DNA from: Macrostomum lignano
Lineage: Eukaryota
DNA: 64,000 nt
Assembly (NCBI GenBank): GCA_002269645.1
Contig: NIVC01001306.1
Coordinates: 124,001-188,000 of the forward strand
Direction of reading: 5' to 3'
A program made the translations under genes and the position numbers. A model generated the notes under the pieces. The model did not search any database, was not told the DNA's origin, and saw only the letters and a program-made list of their open reading frames with translations. This document shows, in pieces, positions 1 to 11,039 of this stretch (positions are counted from its first letter, which is position 1; each line of letters begins with the position of its first letter).

Positions 1-924
1 AGTGTTGACTCTACAAAACTTTTGAATACTAAGCTGCATATTCATAGTCTAAAAGAAGGTAAAAGTTGGCATATCATTTTAGTAAATGGTATAGAATTTC
101 ATTAGAATTGTACTAAGAATACTGTGGTAGTGGGGCTACTACTACCTGTTGAACTTTTCTGAGTTTTGGACTTTCCCTTTTGTCCCGAGGCTGACCCTAT
201 CTAACCACCTTGAGGTGCACCCTATGATATAAATTGTCAATTTAATAAATAAGTAGCTTATATACAACTTTTACTTTTCAAATGCAAATGCAATCAAATA
301 TAAGGTTCATATATAGCAATGCTCCAGACCCCAACATATGGACCCTAACATACAAACATACAACCCCCTATTAAACTTCTTTTGACCTTTATTATATTTT
401 GTCCTTTAGAGTCTAAATGTAGCAATGCTACTAACCCTAATATATATACTTCTATCACACCTCTTTGGACTCCTAGGGTTTATAGTGCAGGAATGCCATG
501 GCATCCAAAATATCTCATTTGCTTAATAAGAATAAACATCAAGCATGCATGATATAGGTTGCATAGTTGATTATATATATTTATTTATCAACTAGCCAAT
601 TAATTTATCTCATGTTTGGCCAAATTGATAATGGCCAATTTAATTATTAAATGTTGAATGAACTAGGACCTATCTTTGATTTATCTATCAAAAAGTTGCT
701 TTGTCCTTTAGTAGCTAGGTTTTTTGCTATTACTAAGATTCAAAATCATATTCAAAGTCTAATTTAAGATGTAATTTGGAAAGTCAAAATATTATATTCC
801 TGTTATATAAAAAACTAACTAAGATGAAAAATTGCATTTAAAATCTAATTTGAAAATGCAATCTTAAAAATCAAGATGCTATAATATTTTTATCACAAAA
901 TCATTGCATACTATTGGATTATAT

Positions 925-1297
925 TAGGGGTCCTTAACCTGCAACCTGCGAGCCCTTTTTGTGCAGCCTGCGGCAACTTCTAGTAGTTTACATTAACATT
1001 ATGTGTAGCCTGCTAAGTCTATTATTAGATTCTATTGTGCAGCCTTTGAAAATATGAGTATATGCAACTCCCAAATCATTTAGATTGCTATTTTAGCCAC
1101 TCCTAGCACATAAATATATAGATAGTCAAGAGTAGGAAGGAATGCCTGCTAATATCAATAAGGTTCAAGGCAAATGATGTAGGGGTTGGAGGTTAAAAGG
1201 GTTAAGGGGAGAGAGGGAAGCACGCAGCTTATAGATCCTAAGCCAATTGTCAATGTGTCAATGTAGCCTGCCACCTATAAAAGGTTGGAGACCCATG
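925..1297. mobile_element. Decayed hAT/Charlie-like MITE
   Basis: Left end taggggtccttaacc and right end ggttggagacccatg resemble Charlie-type termini (caggggtctccaacc...ggttggagacccctg). The 8-bp flanks gattatat/cattagat match at 6 of 8 positions, consistent with a decayed TSD. Confidence 0.5.
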
Positions 1298-1348
1298 CAT
1301 TAGATGATAGTATAGGGTGGCCTACAAAATGCACCTGATTTAAAACAA

Positions 1349-1702
1349 TAACTTTTGTCATTTGCAACCAATGTAAACAAAATTCTAAAACAATATTGCA
1401 ACAAGTATAGCATTATATTTGTAAAATTTATATACTTTACCACTCACACTCATATACACAAAGCATAGTGATTTGTAGTGATATAGCATAGTGATATCTT
1501 GTATATTCCTCTTATATATATACAAGAGGAAGTCTAAAGTTGAATGTTAAAAAAAACAAGTTCAAGGCATGCACTGCATTCACTATGCTTTGTGTATATG
1601 AGTGTGAGTGGTAAAGTATATAAATTTTACAAATATAATGCTATACTTGTTGCAATATTGTTTTAGAATTTTGTTTACATTGGTTGCAAATGACAAAAGT
1701 TA
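1349..1702. repeat. Foldback: 123-bp near-perfect inverted repeat arms (1349-1471 / 1580-1702), MITE-like
   Basis: taacttttgtcatttgcaaccaatg...aagcatagtga is the reverse complement of tcactatgctt...tgacaaaagtta; spacer about 108 bp. Confidence 0.85.
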
Positions 1703-1716
1703 CGAGTATGTATAAT

Positions 1717-2604
1717 CAGTGTTGGGCACCAGTCCGTTAATAAGTGTTAATCCGTTAATAAGCGTCAATAAGCGTTAAGTTAAGATTTTTCATTAACGTT
1801 AACGGACTATTGTTAAGATTTTTTTGAACTAACGGATTAACAAATTTGCATTAAAAATTTTGTGAATTAGTGATAAATTCATCGTTAACGGTAGTGTCTA
1901 TGTCAATGACCAAAGACGCAAAGAAAGAACGAAAAATAGAAGTCTTACAAGAAGTTTAAACATTACGAACGTATTTGAGCTTACCTATATGCCTAAATAT
2001 AATCTCTTTATTTATGACGATGATCATACAGACATACATGTAATTAACAACTTCTTACAAATAAACTTTAAAATAATGAATTAAAATAGTGTGAAACTTT
2101 ATTTCTTGCGCGTGAGCATCGATTGCTTTGATTCACTTCTGTCCCAATCTTTCGCAACTTTCTGCTGCGCCTGCTAATGGTACTGAAACAACCTTCCTAT
2201 GCGTATTTAATTATGAATTTCTCGTCATTAGCTTTTAAGTTTCAAAACAAAATAAGTTACTTTTTTTACCATATGCTTTACTTTTAGTAGTATTATGCAT
2301 GCAAGTTTTTAAAATGATTATTTATTACTTTTTTAGCTTTCAAATAGCTTAGATGACCTCTGTGTTTCGCTAAAAAGATGGAATAGCAAAGATGTGCATT
2401 ACGAAGTCTGTTTTGGAAAAAACGTGCAAGATTTCCGTATTTTCTATGTTAACATTAATGGATTAACGCTTATTAACGATTATCAGTTAACTTTCAGTTA
2501 ACTTAACGAAATTAGGAGCTAAAAAGTTAAGATTTTTTTGTTTTAATGCTAACGCTTTTGCTATTAATGGAAGTTAAGATTTTCATTAACGGTGCCCAAC
2601 ACTG
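1717..2604. mobile_element. Non-autonomous TIR element (hAT-like CAGTGTT termini)
   Basis: 14-bp TIR cagtgttgggcacc / ggtgcccaacactg, many subterminal cgttaa/ttaacg motifs at both ends, tataat duplicated on both flanks. Confidence 0.75.
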
Positions 2605-2770
2605 TATAATATATGGAATATATATAATAATATCTATAATGATAATATGGAATATATATAATATAATATATAATAATATATAATATATAGAATATATATG
2701 GAATATATATGAGTGCTTGCTTATGTGCATAAATTTCTCAAATATAATAATATAATATTTGGTACATATA
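2605..2770. repeat. AT-rich low-complexity (ATA/TA)n tract
   Basis: Direct reading: atatatataataatataatata... Confidence 0.8.
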
Positions 2771-2844
2771 GCCAAAAAATGTTAGTTATTCCTGTTATTT
2801 ATCCAAAATTACATTGTTTTTGCTTAGGTTTCTTTTATAGATAA

Positions 2845-3345
2845 GTTGCATTTTTGGTTAAAAAGTAAGTTGCATAAATTATAGAAGCAGATATGGATGT
2901 TAATCTAAATTATATTAATGGCTATCAGACAAGCTCACAAGCAATGATTTATGACCCTAAAAGTTGCGATAACCATGCCTATTTTATTATGACCACAAGT
3001 ATGGCAAAATCATGTAGCTATGAAAATCCTACCAATATAAACATATGCCCAACACCTGTCCAACCCATCCAAACCAGACGGGTAAAATGGCTGCAGGCCA
3101 AGGTAAGTTGCAAAATTGAAAATGAAAAAAATGAAAAATTGGGAGAAAAAAAGAAGAAAAAAGGAAAAAAAAGAGGGAGAAGAAGGAATTAGGAAAGGGA
3201 AAAGAAAAAAGAGAAAGAGAAGAAAAGATAAAAAAGGCAAAAAAGTCATATACAAAGGGAAAACGAAGTTGCAATTAGGAGAAGCTAAGTTGCAATCGGG
3301 AGGAACTAAGTTGCAAATCTAGACAAAACTAAGTTGCATTGGATA
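2845..3345. repeat. Dispersed repeat fragment with aagttgca motifs; related copy at about 60190-60290 (minus)
   Basis: gcaatgatttatgaccctaaaagttgc...gcctattttattatgaccacaagtatg is similar to the reverse complement of 60190-60290 (gcgatgatttatgacccaaaaagttacgcctatgttattatgactactagtatg). aagttgca recurs at least 6 times. Confidence 0.6.
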
Positions 3346-3714
3346 GGTGAATTTTTGAGGCTAGGCTAGAAATAAAAAGGAGAAAAATGCCCATATCCTA
3401 CTGTTAGTAGGCTAACAAGTTTAGAATCAATCTTTTTTTATTTGGAAATTATACTAGGCCCCTACTAGTAGGATTTTTGTTACAATTAAAAAAAAACTTA
3501 ATAATGTTATGCATCTTAGTAAGGCATACCTATAACCCTCAAACATTTTAAGCTTAAGTTTTATTGTACATGAGGAAATGCACTTTTGTAAAGATATAAT
3601 CTTAAGACAAACATTTCAACTAGAGCTTGTTTGTTTTTTCCATAGTGAATCTATACAAAACTATACTAGATATCTATAAGGTCTCTTTGTAACCAGGTTA
3701 TGCTTGTTATTTGA

Positions 3715-4660
3715 GGTTGCTTGCGGTCTGGGGGATGCTTGCTATCTGGGAGATGCTTGCTATCTAGGGGGAAACTCGGCAGAAGCACCTCTACACCTTG
3801 AATCGAGTCAGGAGCAGTTCACCAAGCAAGAACAAGTAGGCGCCGCCGGCAGAGTGACAGACTGGCGTAGACGCCCACCCGCGGTTATAGTCCTACCTGA
3901 AGATGCGCACGTGCAAGATGCCTCCTTCGACATTTGAAATGCAGCTGCAGTAGCTACTGCCATGCATGAAATGGGCTTGCCGGTCTGCAGGCTTATCACT
4001 GAAGGTGACCTAGATGTGGCACGCGCTTGTATCAATCTTGGCCTCTCACAGTGGTGGACATCGACAGTGCAGGGCGCAGTCAGAAAGCTGTACAGGCTTG
4101 GCTACCACTGCGGCTACGACATCTGAGCCAGTGGGGGTGCAGTTTTGTGTGTATGCATTTGTACAGTTGCGCTGTTTTTCCCCTTTTCTCTCCCCCTGTT
4201 TTTTCAGCCACTATAATATTGGTACATTTATCCTCCCCTTGTTTTAAGGTGCTACCAGTGCTGTTTGCATTTTGTTCATCCCAAGCTTGCTATCTAGGGG
4301 TGCTTGCTATCTAGGGGATGCTTGCTATCTGGGGGATGCTTGCTATCTGGGGGATGCTTGCTATCTAGGGAATGTTTGCTATCTGGGGGATGCTTGCTAT
4401 CTGGCGGATGCTTGCTATCTGGGGTCTGGAGGATGCTTGCTATCTGGGGTCTAGAGGATACTTGCTAGCTGGGGTATGCTTGCTATTTGGGGTTGCTTGC
4501 TATCTGGGGGATGCTTGCAGTCTGGGGGATGCTTGCTATTTGGGGATCTTAATTGCAAGGCTGTCTTAGAGGGGACACAGCGGGAAGGCGCAGGCGCCCA
4601 TTCTGCTAGGCTATTTGGGGATCAATGTTTGAATGCTGTCTGGGGATGCTTGCTGTCTTG
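3715..4660 (+). repeat. 18-bp minisatellite (ggggatgcttgctatctg) in clusters 3715-3770 and 4285-4550, flanking a coding-like relic
   Basis: Period 18 read directly at 4321/4339. Confidence 0.8.
3770..4126 (+). pseudogene. Interrupted coding-like relic (probably TE-derived)
   Basis: ORF 3704-3937 continues in frame past one TGA for 62 more codons (NAAAVATAMHEMGLPVCRLITEGDLDVARACINLGLSQWWTSTVQGAVRKLYRLGYHCGYDI). No recognisable family. Confidence 0.35.
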
Positions 4661-4972
4661 GGATGTTTTGTTTTTAGAAGGAATGTCTGTTGTTTTTTAT
4701 GAAGGCTTTATTTTGCTATTTATTTGTTATTTGTAAAGAACAAAGATTCTATCAAGATGTCCCCCATTGGGGGGCGAAGATTGCTAGTACAAAACTATAC
4801 TTGTTCAATAGATCAGATTATTCTTTTTAAAATGACACCTTATTACTTGTGATATCTATGCCATACATTATTAGAAAAGTATTGCAACAATAAAAGACAT
4901 TTTTTGTATTGCAACAATATAATGGTTTTTTAATCTTTTGCATACTAATAGGTAGGAATTCCCTAACCAATG

Positions 4973-5216
4973 CAGGGATTTATTTTTTACCAGAGACAAG
5001 GTGCAAAATTGCACTTTATGCTCAATTTCAAGGTGCAATTTTCAGGCTCAAAGTGCAATTTATCTTTTTTTCTTATTTTAAGGTAGTACAAATAAGGCTT
5101 CAATGGAAAAATAGGTTATGAGACCGCACCTAAACTGCATCCACTTTTCAATTTCAAGGTGCAATTTTAAAATTTAAGGTGCCATATGCACACTCTGTGC
5201 ACAAAAAATAAACCTA
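4973..5216. mobile_element. Decayed short copy of the hAT-like element seen at 7317-10894
   Basis: Aligns by eye to 7317-7410 plus 10785-10894; most differences are CG to TG/CA/TA. Confidence 0.75.
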
Positions 5217-6350
5217 GACTATATGCTGGCTCTATGGTGCAATTTTCTATATACTGGATAGGCCCTAGTTTAAGTTTATGCCAACCATTTTTGTCTGTTG
5301 TATGCTAGGATTTTCCAATGTATAAAATATTCAGGAGTAAAAGACTATAATTGCTGCTATTTTGCATATTAAGATATAATATTTTAAATAAATTTATCAT
5401 TATCGGATAGGCCTTAGGCTTTGCCTTTCCTAGGCCTTAGAATTAAATTCCTAGACTTATACAGACTTATCACTAATGACATAAACATAGGTGATAGGCC
5501 TAGACAATAACATTACATTGCTATTGGAAAGAAAATATATTGAATTAAATATTGATAATAATGTGAATGAGTGATTAGGCCTATTTTTATATCAATAACT
5601 AAATAGGCCTAAGTAGGCCTAGGAACAAATAGTAGTAGTACTAGAGGCTATGACGTATTTTGGCTCGATCATGTCTAGGCCTATTAGGCAACCGATCAAA
5701 AGGGCGACAAAGGCGACAAAGTCATCTATTGTCAAATTGACGAATGGCAAGGCCAAGGCGTTGGATGGATGGATGGAGGATATTGATAGGATGGATAGGC
5801 CTGACTGTCACGCCTTTACATCATTTTACAATGGTTAAGGGTACTACAGCAAGAGCAAGTTTTTAAATGGGACTCCTGTGCAGTGCTGATTGTACTGTGC
5901 ACCGAGGCAGTAGGTCTAGTAGGCCTAGTAGCAGCAGCAGTAGTAGTAGTAGTAGTTATTAGTAAGTTAGTAGTACCAGTAGTGCGAAAAAAATTAAACT
6001 CACTCTGTTTTAACAAACAGACACAAAACGATCATAACAATTCATAACAAATATTAGCTGACTAAAGTCACAATAGTAACTTTTTCATTAGTGAATTTTT
6101 TTGAAAATTTTTTTTGAAAAAGAGCACCTATTGTTAGGCTTTTTAATTTTATTTATTTTATATGAATTACCGAAGCTAGCTAACTTGATTCACGAGACTT
6201 AGACTGGCTCATGGCCTGTGTTCAGTCGATGACGACTAGGTCTTAAAAGAATCATACCTTTCTAAGTACGTGGTAGGGTATGTATTTTTCCCTAATTTTT
6301 TAACCCACTTAACGTCTCCAGTCAAGGTTAAGTATCTGCTGTTTTTATTA

Positions 6351-6770
6351 TTTTATTAAACGAAGAGCTTGCGTGCACGGCCACCGTTCACGTAAGCTCA
6401 GAATTGCGTGCACGGCAGAGCTATAGCTATATCTTATAGGCTTATACAGTAAGTCATATACTATTCGAATTAATATTCAAGTTAACAAAAAAACAATGAA
6501 TTAAGATTACATTTGCAGTCCATGGTGTACGGGGGATAAAACATTATAAAACAATATAGTAAAAATATTTTTTAATTAGGTTTGCCAATGCCAAGGCGTG
6601 GATTTAAGGGCCCTAGTCCCGGCCAATTGCAGGCTGCCGTGCACGCAATTACAACACTAGGTGGACGGCTGCATACATGCAAATAAAGCACTAGGTAGAT
6701 AGCTGCCGTGCACGCAATTCTGAGCTTACGTGAACAGCTGCCATGCACGCAAGCTCTTCGTTTATTAAAA
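6351..6770. mobile_element. MITE with about 65-bp inverted termini
   Basis: aaacgaagagcttgcgtgcacggccaccgttcacgtaagctcagaattgcgtgcacggcag versus ctgccgtgcacgcaattctgagcttacgtgaacagctgccatgcacgcaagctcttcgttt. Confidence 0.75.
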
Positions 6771-9511
6771 TTAAAATAGGCCTGCATTACAGAATTTTAA
6801 TTTAACTCAGACCTAAGTCAAATTAAAACATTTTAATTTCATAAAAAAGAAAATCTTGGTCTATATACTATAGGCCTACTACAGGTACAGTATCAGTAGG
6901 TACAGTAGGGGGTCCAGTGAGAATTTTTTTTTCAAAATCCAAATTTTTAACCATGCAGCCATGCCATGTTGTAGCCCTGGATATTATGAGGAACCATAGC
7001 CCAGCAGTAGCGCAGCTGCTCTGGTGTGCCAGCGACCCAGGCTCGATTCCAAGTGCAGTCACATTAATTTGGGGCTGAATTGGAATCTCGGCTTGGCTCT
7101 GCTTGTGCAATTAACAGCCTTGAGAGCCAACCTTCCAAGGCCCAGTGAAATGTACATGCCTAACGATAATATAAAGTTAGGGCCACTGTACACTCCTGTG
7201 TGAGTGTGTGCCTGTGTACGTATCTATGCGCTTGTATGCCTGCTCAGGGAAGTTGGCGGAATGGGCAGTAATGCCTCTCGTCGGTTGTGTGCCAATGTCG
7301 CTTAAAGTGCGCCAGGCTGGGTTTTTTTTTTCGCCAGAGATAAGGTGCGAAATCGCACCTTGTGCCAAATTTCAAGGTGCGATTTTAAGGCTCAGAGTGC
7401 AATTTCTCTTAAGTCTTGTTTAGAATGTGAGGGTTTCACGAGAGATATTCAGACAGGCATTCGAAACGATCGTCTGTAACTTTAAACAAAATTGACCCGC
7501 TTCAACCATCTTTTTGGCAAATACTTACGCAAGTGTTGGGCATCGAATAAGCTTTAATTTATTAACTGAAGTAAAAATCCTTCTGACATACATTGATTTA
7601 AAAATTGCTTAGCAACACTAGCTCTGATTAGAAATCGCTTTACTGTTGACTAAAATTGTTTTGATCGTAGCAGCCTAAAAGCAGATACTGGATTTAAAAA
7701 TGCTTCGATTTACTCTATACGCATGTCTCAGCTTTAAAATGACACCTCAGGCGTCGCAAAAGACAGCTTTGATGCTGAGATATACGACACTAAACATGCA
7801 TTGCTTTGCGCAATCTCACATTCAGAAATTTCACTGATTTTTTGTCGATATTTGTGCAGTTGCCGTGTCCTTGTTTTTCATCAGAAACTTGTCAAATTCT
7901 AGTCATGTCCAGTTTAAACCTGGACTTCTCTTAAACTGTCTTAAGTATTTGATTTTTAATGATTCCTGCCTTTATATTGCATAGATTGTACCTGAGTCAG
8001 TGAGTCTGTGAGTGTACATTTGTACATATGGCAACCAATCATGACTTTTTCACCGCTTTGCTTTTCAAATAAATATACGAGTGTACGAGAAACATGTTCT
8101 AACTGTTATTGAGAGAAATTGACGTCGCGTTTATTAACAGTCAGTGGCAATTAATATGAAGCAAATAGTTTATTGTTATGTTTTTACTTTTTTTGCGTGG
8201 CAATTCTGCTATCCAAATCGGAATGAGGTAAGCGGTAGGAATAAAATAAAAAGGAAGAATTTTTTCTACTGTTGTTGCAACCCAATAGCTATATGTACTT
8301 CAAACTTTTTAGATTGAACAGGCGATTTCTAATGTACTGCTAAGCTTTCCAATCCCTACGGACTACAGTAGCAGTTCTTAACTTTTTTTCTGTCTTGACT
8401 TCTAGACTCGGAATTTGGAACAACCTAAGGAGCCGCATGGAAATATTTAATTGGATAAAGATATTTTCTAAAAACAGCTCAAGTCGTGACACATCTTCTT
8501 CTCACCTCAGTCCATCAACTGCTGCTCCTTCTGAGACCAAAGCGATCGTGAAAGGAAAACAGATCAGTTTAGATCCCATGGCCATGAATACAACCATTTC
8601 AATTGTGAACCTGCTTCGCTTACAAGTACGAGCACTAGCCTTCCATTTGATGCCATTAGCTCACTTAACTCTGAAATAGTTCAAGGACGGTTCCAAATGT
8701 TGAGATCTGACGTAGAAGCAGTCCAATTTGTGGAAATTTATCAACTGGACTCCATGAATCACTCAAATGAAAGGCGGCGAATAGCTGCAGAATGCGTAAA
8801 CAAGTTTAAGTGAGTCACAAAAACCCCATTTACTATAACTACATACACTTGTACGTTAGCAAGGCTCCATGCGATGGTTAATAAATGGAGAAGTAGACAA
8901 GCATCTGAACAAATATTGAATAAAAATCAGTGAAGTTTCCGAATGTGAGTTTGCATGAGCAAAGCAATGTTTAGTGTCGAATATCTCAGCATCAAAGCTG
9001 TCTTTTGCAATGCCTGAGGTGTCATTTTAAAGCTGAGACATGCGTATAGACATGACTAGAATTTGACAAGACTCTGATGAAAAACAAGGACACGGCAACT
9101 GCACAAACATCGACAAAAAATCAGTGAAACTTCCGAATGTGAGATTGCGCAAAGCAATGCATGTTCAGTGTCGAACATCTCAGCATCAAAGCTGTCTTTT
9201 GCGACGCCTGAGGTGTCATTTTAAAGCTGAGACATGCATATAGAGTAAATCGAAGCATTTTTAAATCCAGTATCTGCTTTTAGGCTGCTACGATCAAAAC
9301 AATTTTAGTCAACAGTAAAGCGATTTCTAATCAGAGCTAGTGTTGCTAAGCAATTTTTAAATCAATGTATGTCAGAAGGATTTTTACTTCAGTTAATAAA
9401 TTAAAGCTTATTCGACGCCCAACACTTGCATAAGTATTTGCCAAAAAGATGGTTGAAGCGGGTCAATTTTGTTTGAAGTTACAGACAATCATTTTGAATG
9501 TCTGTCTGAAT

Positions 9512-10588
9512 GGGTCTCCCTAAAACCAAGGACGACTTAAGTAGAAGGACGGGAAACCTCGTTTCTTAGAAAAGTTTTGAAGGCACTTTTTCCCGAAAAA
9601 ATACACTACGGAGATAGGAAGTTTTCATTTTTTCAGCACAAAAATTGTTATTGCGTTTGATAGGAGGCAGATCCAGTGTTCATCTTTTGATATGTTGTGC
9701 CTTTTTTATTGCTCTATCGATATTTATAAAGCTTTTCGTTCAGAAAATTAGGATTCTATGTTAATTTTCTATTCTACGTATATTTCCTGTATCTAAAAAT
9801 CACAAAAATGCATGACAGAGCTCCAATATTTGGTTTTATGAACCTATTTTATCATCTCTGTTACAAATATTTGCTACACAGTCGGGTAAGAATGATAAAA
9901 AAGACTCATGAAGCTAAAGAGCCGAGCCGTGGCATTCTAATGTATTTCAAGCACAAGACACGCGAAAATATACGTAGAATAAAAAATTAACATAGAATCC
10001 CAATTTTCTGAACGAAAAGCTTCATAAATATCGATAGAGCAATAAAAAAGGCACAACATATCAAAAGATGAACACTGGATCTGCCTCCTATCAAACGCAA
10101 TAACAATTTTTGTGCTGAAAAAATGAAAACTTCCTATCTCCGTAGTGTATTTTTTCGGGAAAAAGTGCCTTCAAAACTTTTCTAAGAAACGAGGTTTCCC
10201 GTCCTTCTACTTAAGTCGTCCTTGCCTAAAACACGCCCGCCCCGCCCTGCAGCGCTACACATTAAAACAAATTGGACTATAACTAAAGACACTTCAGAAT
10301 GCGTTTTCTGTTAAGCTTCAAGTTTTTATTAAATTTAGTTTTTTTACTTTGAAATATAAAATTCGGTGAACAATAAGTGATATTAATAATAATATTAATA
10401 AAATAATAATATTATAATTTAATAATGAAAACGAGAATATAAAAAATAATAATATTTAAAAAAATAAATAAAGATATTTATTCCATTACTATTTTAACTT
10501 TTCCTTGCAATCAAATACTGCATTGACAAAAAATGTTATAATGTGTAGCAGTTCGGGGCCTGGTGCGGGGCGTGTTTTAGGGAGCCTT
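9512..10588. mobile_element. Mutator-like MITE (9-bp TSD)
   Basis: TIR (gg)tctccctaaaac-acgccc / gggcgtgttttagggagcc; 9-bp duplication tgtctgaat at 9503-9511 and 10589-10597 interrupts the right arm of the long-TIR element. Confidence 0.7.
9527..10224. mobile_element. hAT-type palindromic MITE (CAAGGAC family, copy 1)
   Basis: TIR caaggacgacttaagtagaaggacggg; about 240-bp arms; 8-bp TSD cctaaaac at 9519-9526 and 10225-10232. Confidence 0.85.
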
Positions 10589-11039
10589 TGTCTGAATATC
10601 TCTCGTGAAACCCTCACATTGCTCACATTTCAGACAACTGGGAATGTATATTTTAATATCTTACATAAGGCTATAGCTATAGGCTATATCGCCTATATGA
10701 CTTAATAGGATTTAAAGAGTTATTTTGTTTCATATTTTAAGGCAGTGCATAAAAAATAGCTTAAGCATGGTTAAGCCTTTAAAGAAAAATGGTTATAAGA
10801 CCGCACCTAAACCGCACCTACTTTTTTAATTTCAGGGTGCGATTTTAAAATTTAGGGTGCATACGCACACTCTGCGCACAAAAAAAAAACCCTGGCGCCA
10901 GGGCGCACACAACCCCTGCCTCTAATAAAAAAATAGCCCTGGATATTATGAGTGAAATGACACTAGACTTTTAAAAATTGATCAAGTAATAAAAAAGTTA
11001 TGAAATTTTTCATTTAAAAAAATGGTGTTTTTTCGGGGG

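Larger units (their letters stand above)
7424..10620. mobile_element. Long-TIR (about 490 bp arms) DNA element, superfamily unassigned
   Basis: 7424-7915 is the reverse complement of about 9050-9511 plus 10598-10620. There is a partial internal duplication of the right arm at about 8935-9050. Outer ends and TSD are not resolved. Confidence 0.75.
7317..10894. mobile_element. Non-autonomous hAT element inserted in the SINE 3' hairpin
   Basis: Termini ctgggtttttttt / aaaaaaaccctg; perfect 8-bp TSD gcgccagg at 7309-7316 and 10895-10902. Confidence 0.8.
6991..10933 (+). mobile_element. tRNA-derived SINE (full length, interrupted by nested DNA transposons)
   Basis: 19-bp TSD tagccctggatattatgag at 6972-6990 and 10934-10952; B-box-like ggctcgattcc; shared core tgtacatgcctaacgat..aaagttagggccactgtacac; A-rich tail ctaataaaaaaa. 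Confidence 0.8.

Noticed and set aside
2527-3322. Ile/Tyr-rich and Lys/Phe-rich ORFs
   Set aside because: Low-complexity AT- or AG-rich tracts.
3688-4790. Solo LTR (TG...CA)
   Set aside because: No TSD and no second copy in the window.
6146-6300. Spliced-leader or U snRNA gene
   Set aside because: No convincing match to sequences I know (no clear leader/donor/Sm-site arrangement); kept only as a low-interest finding.
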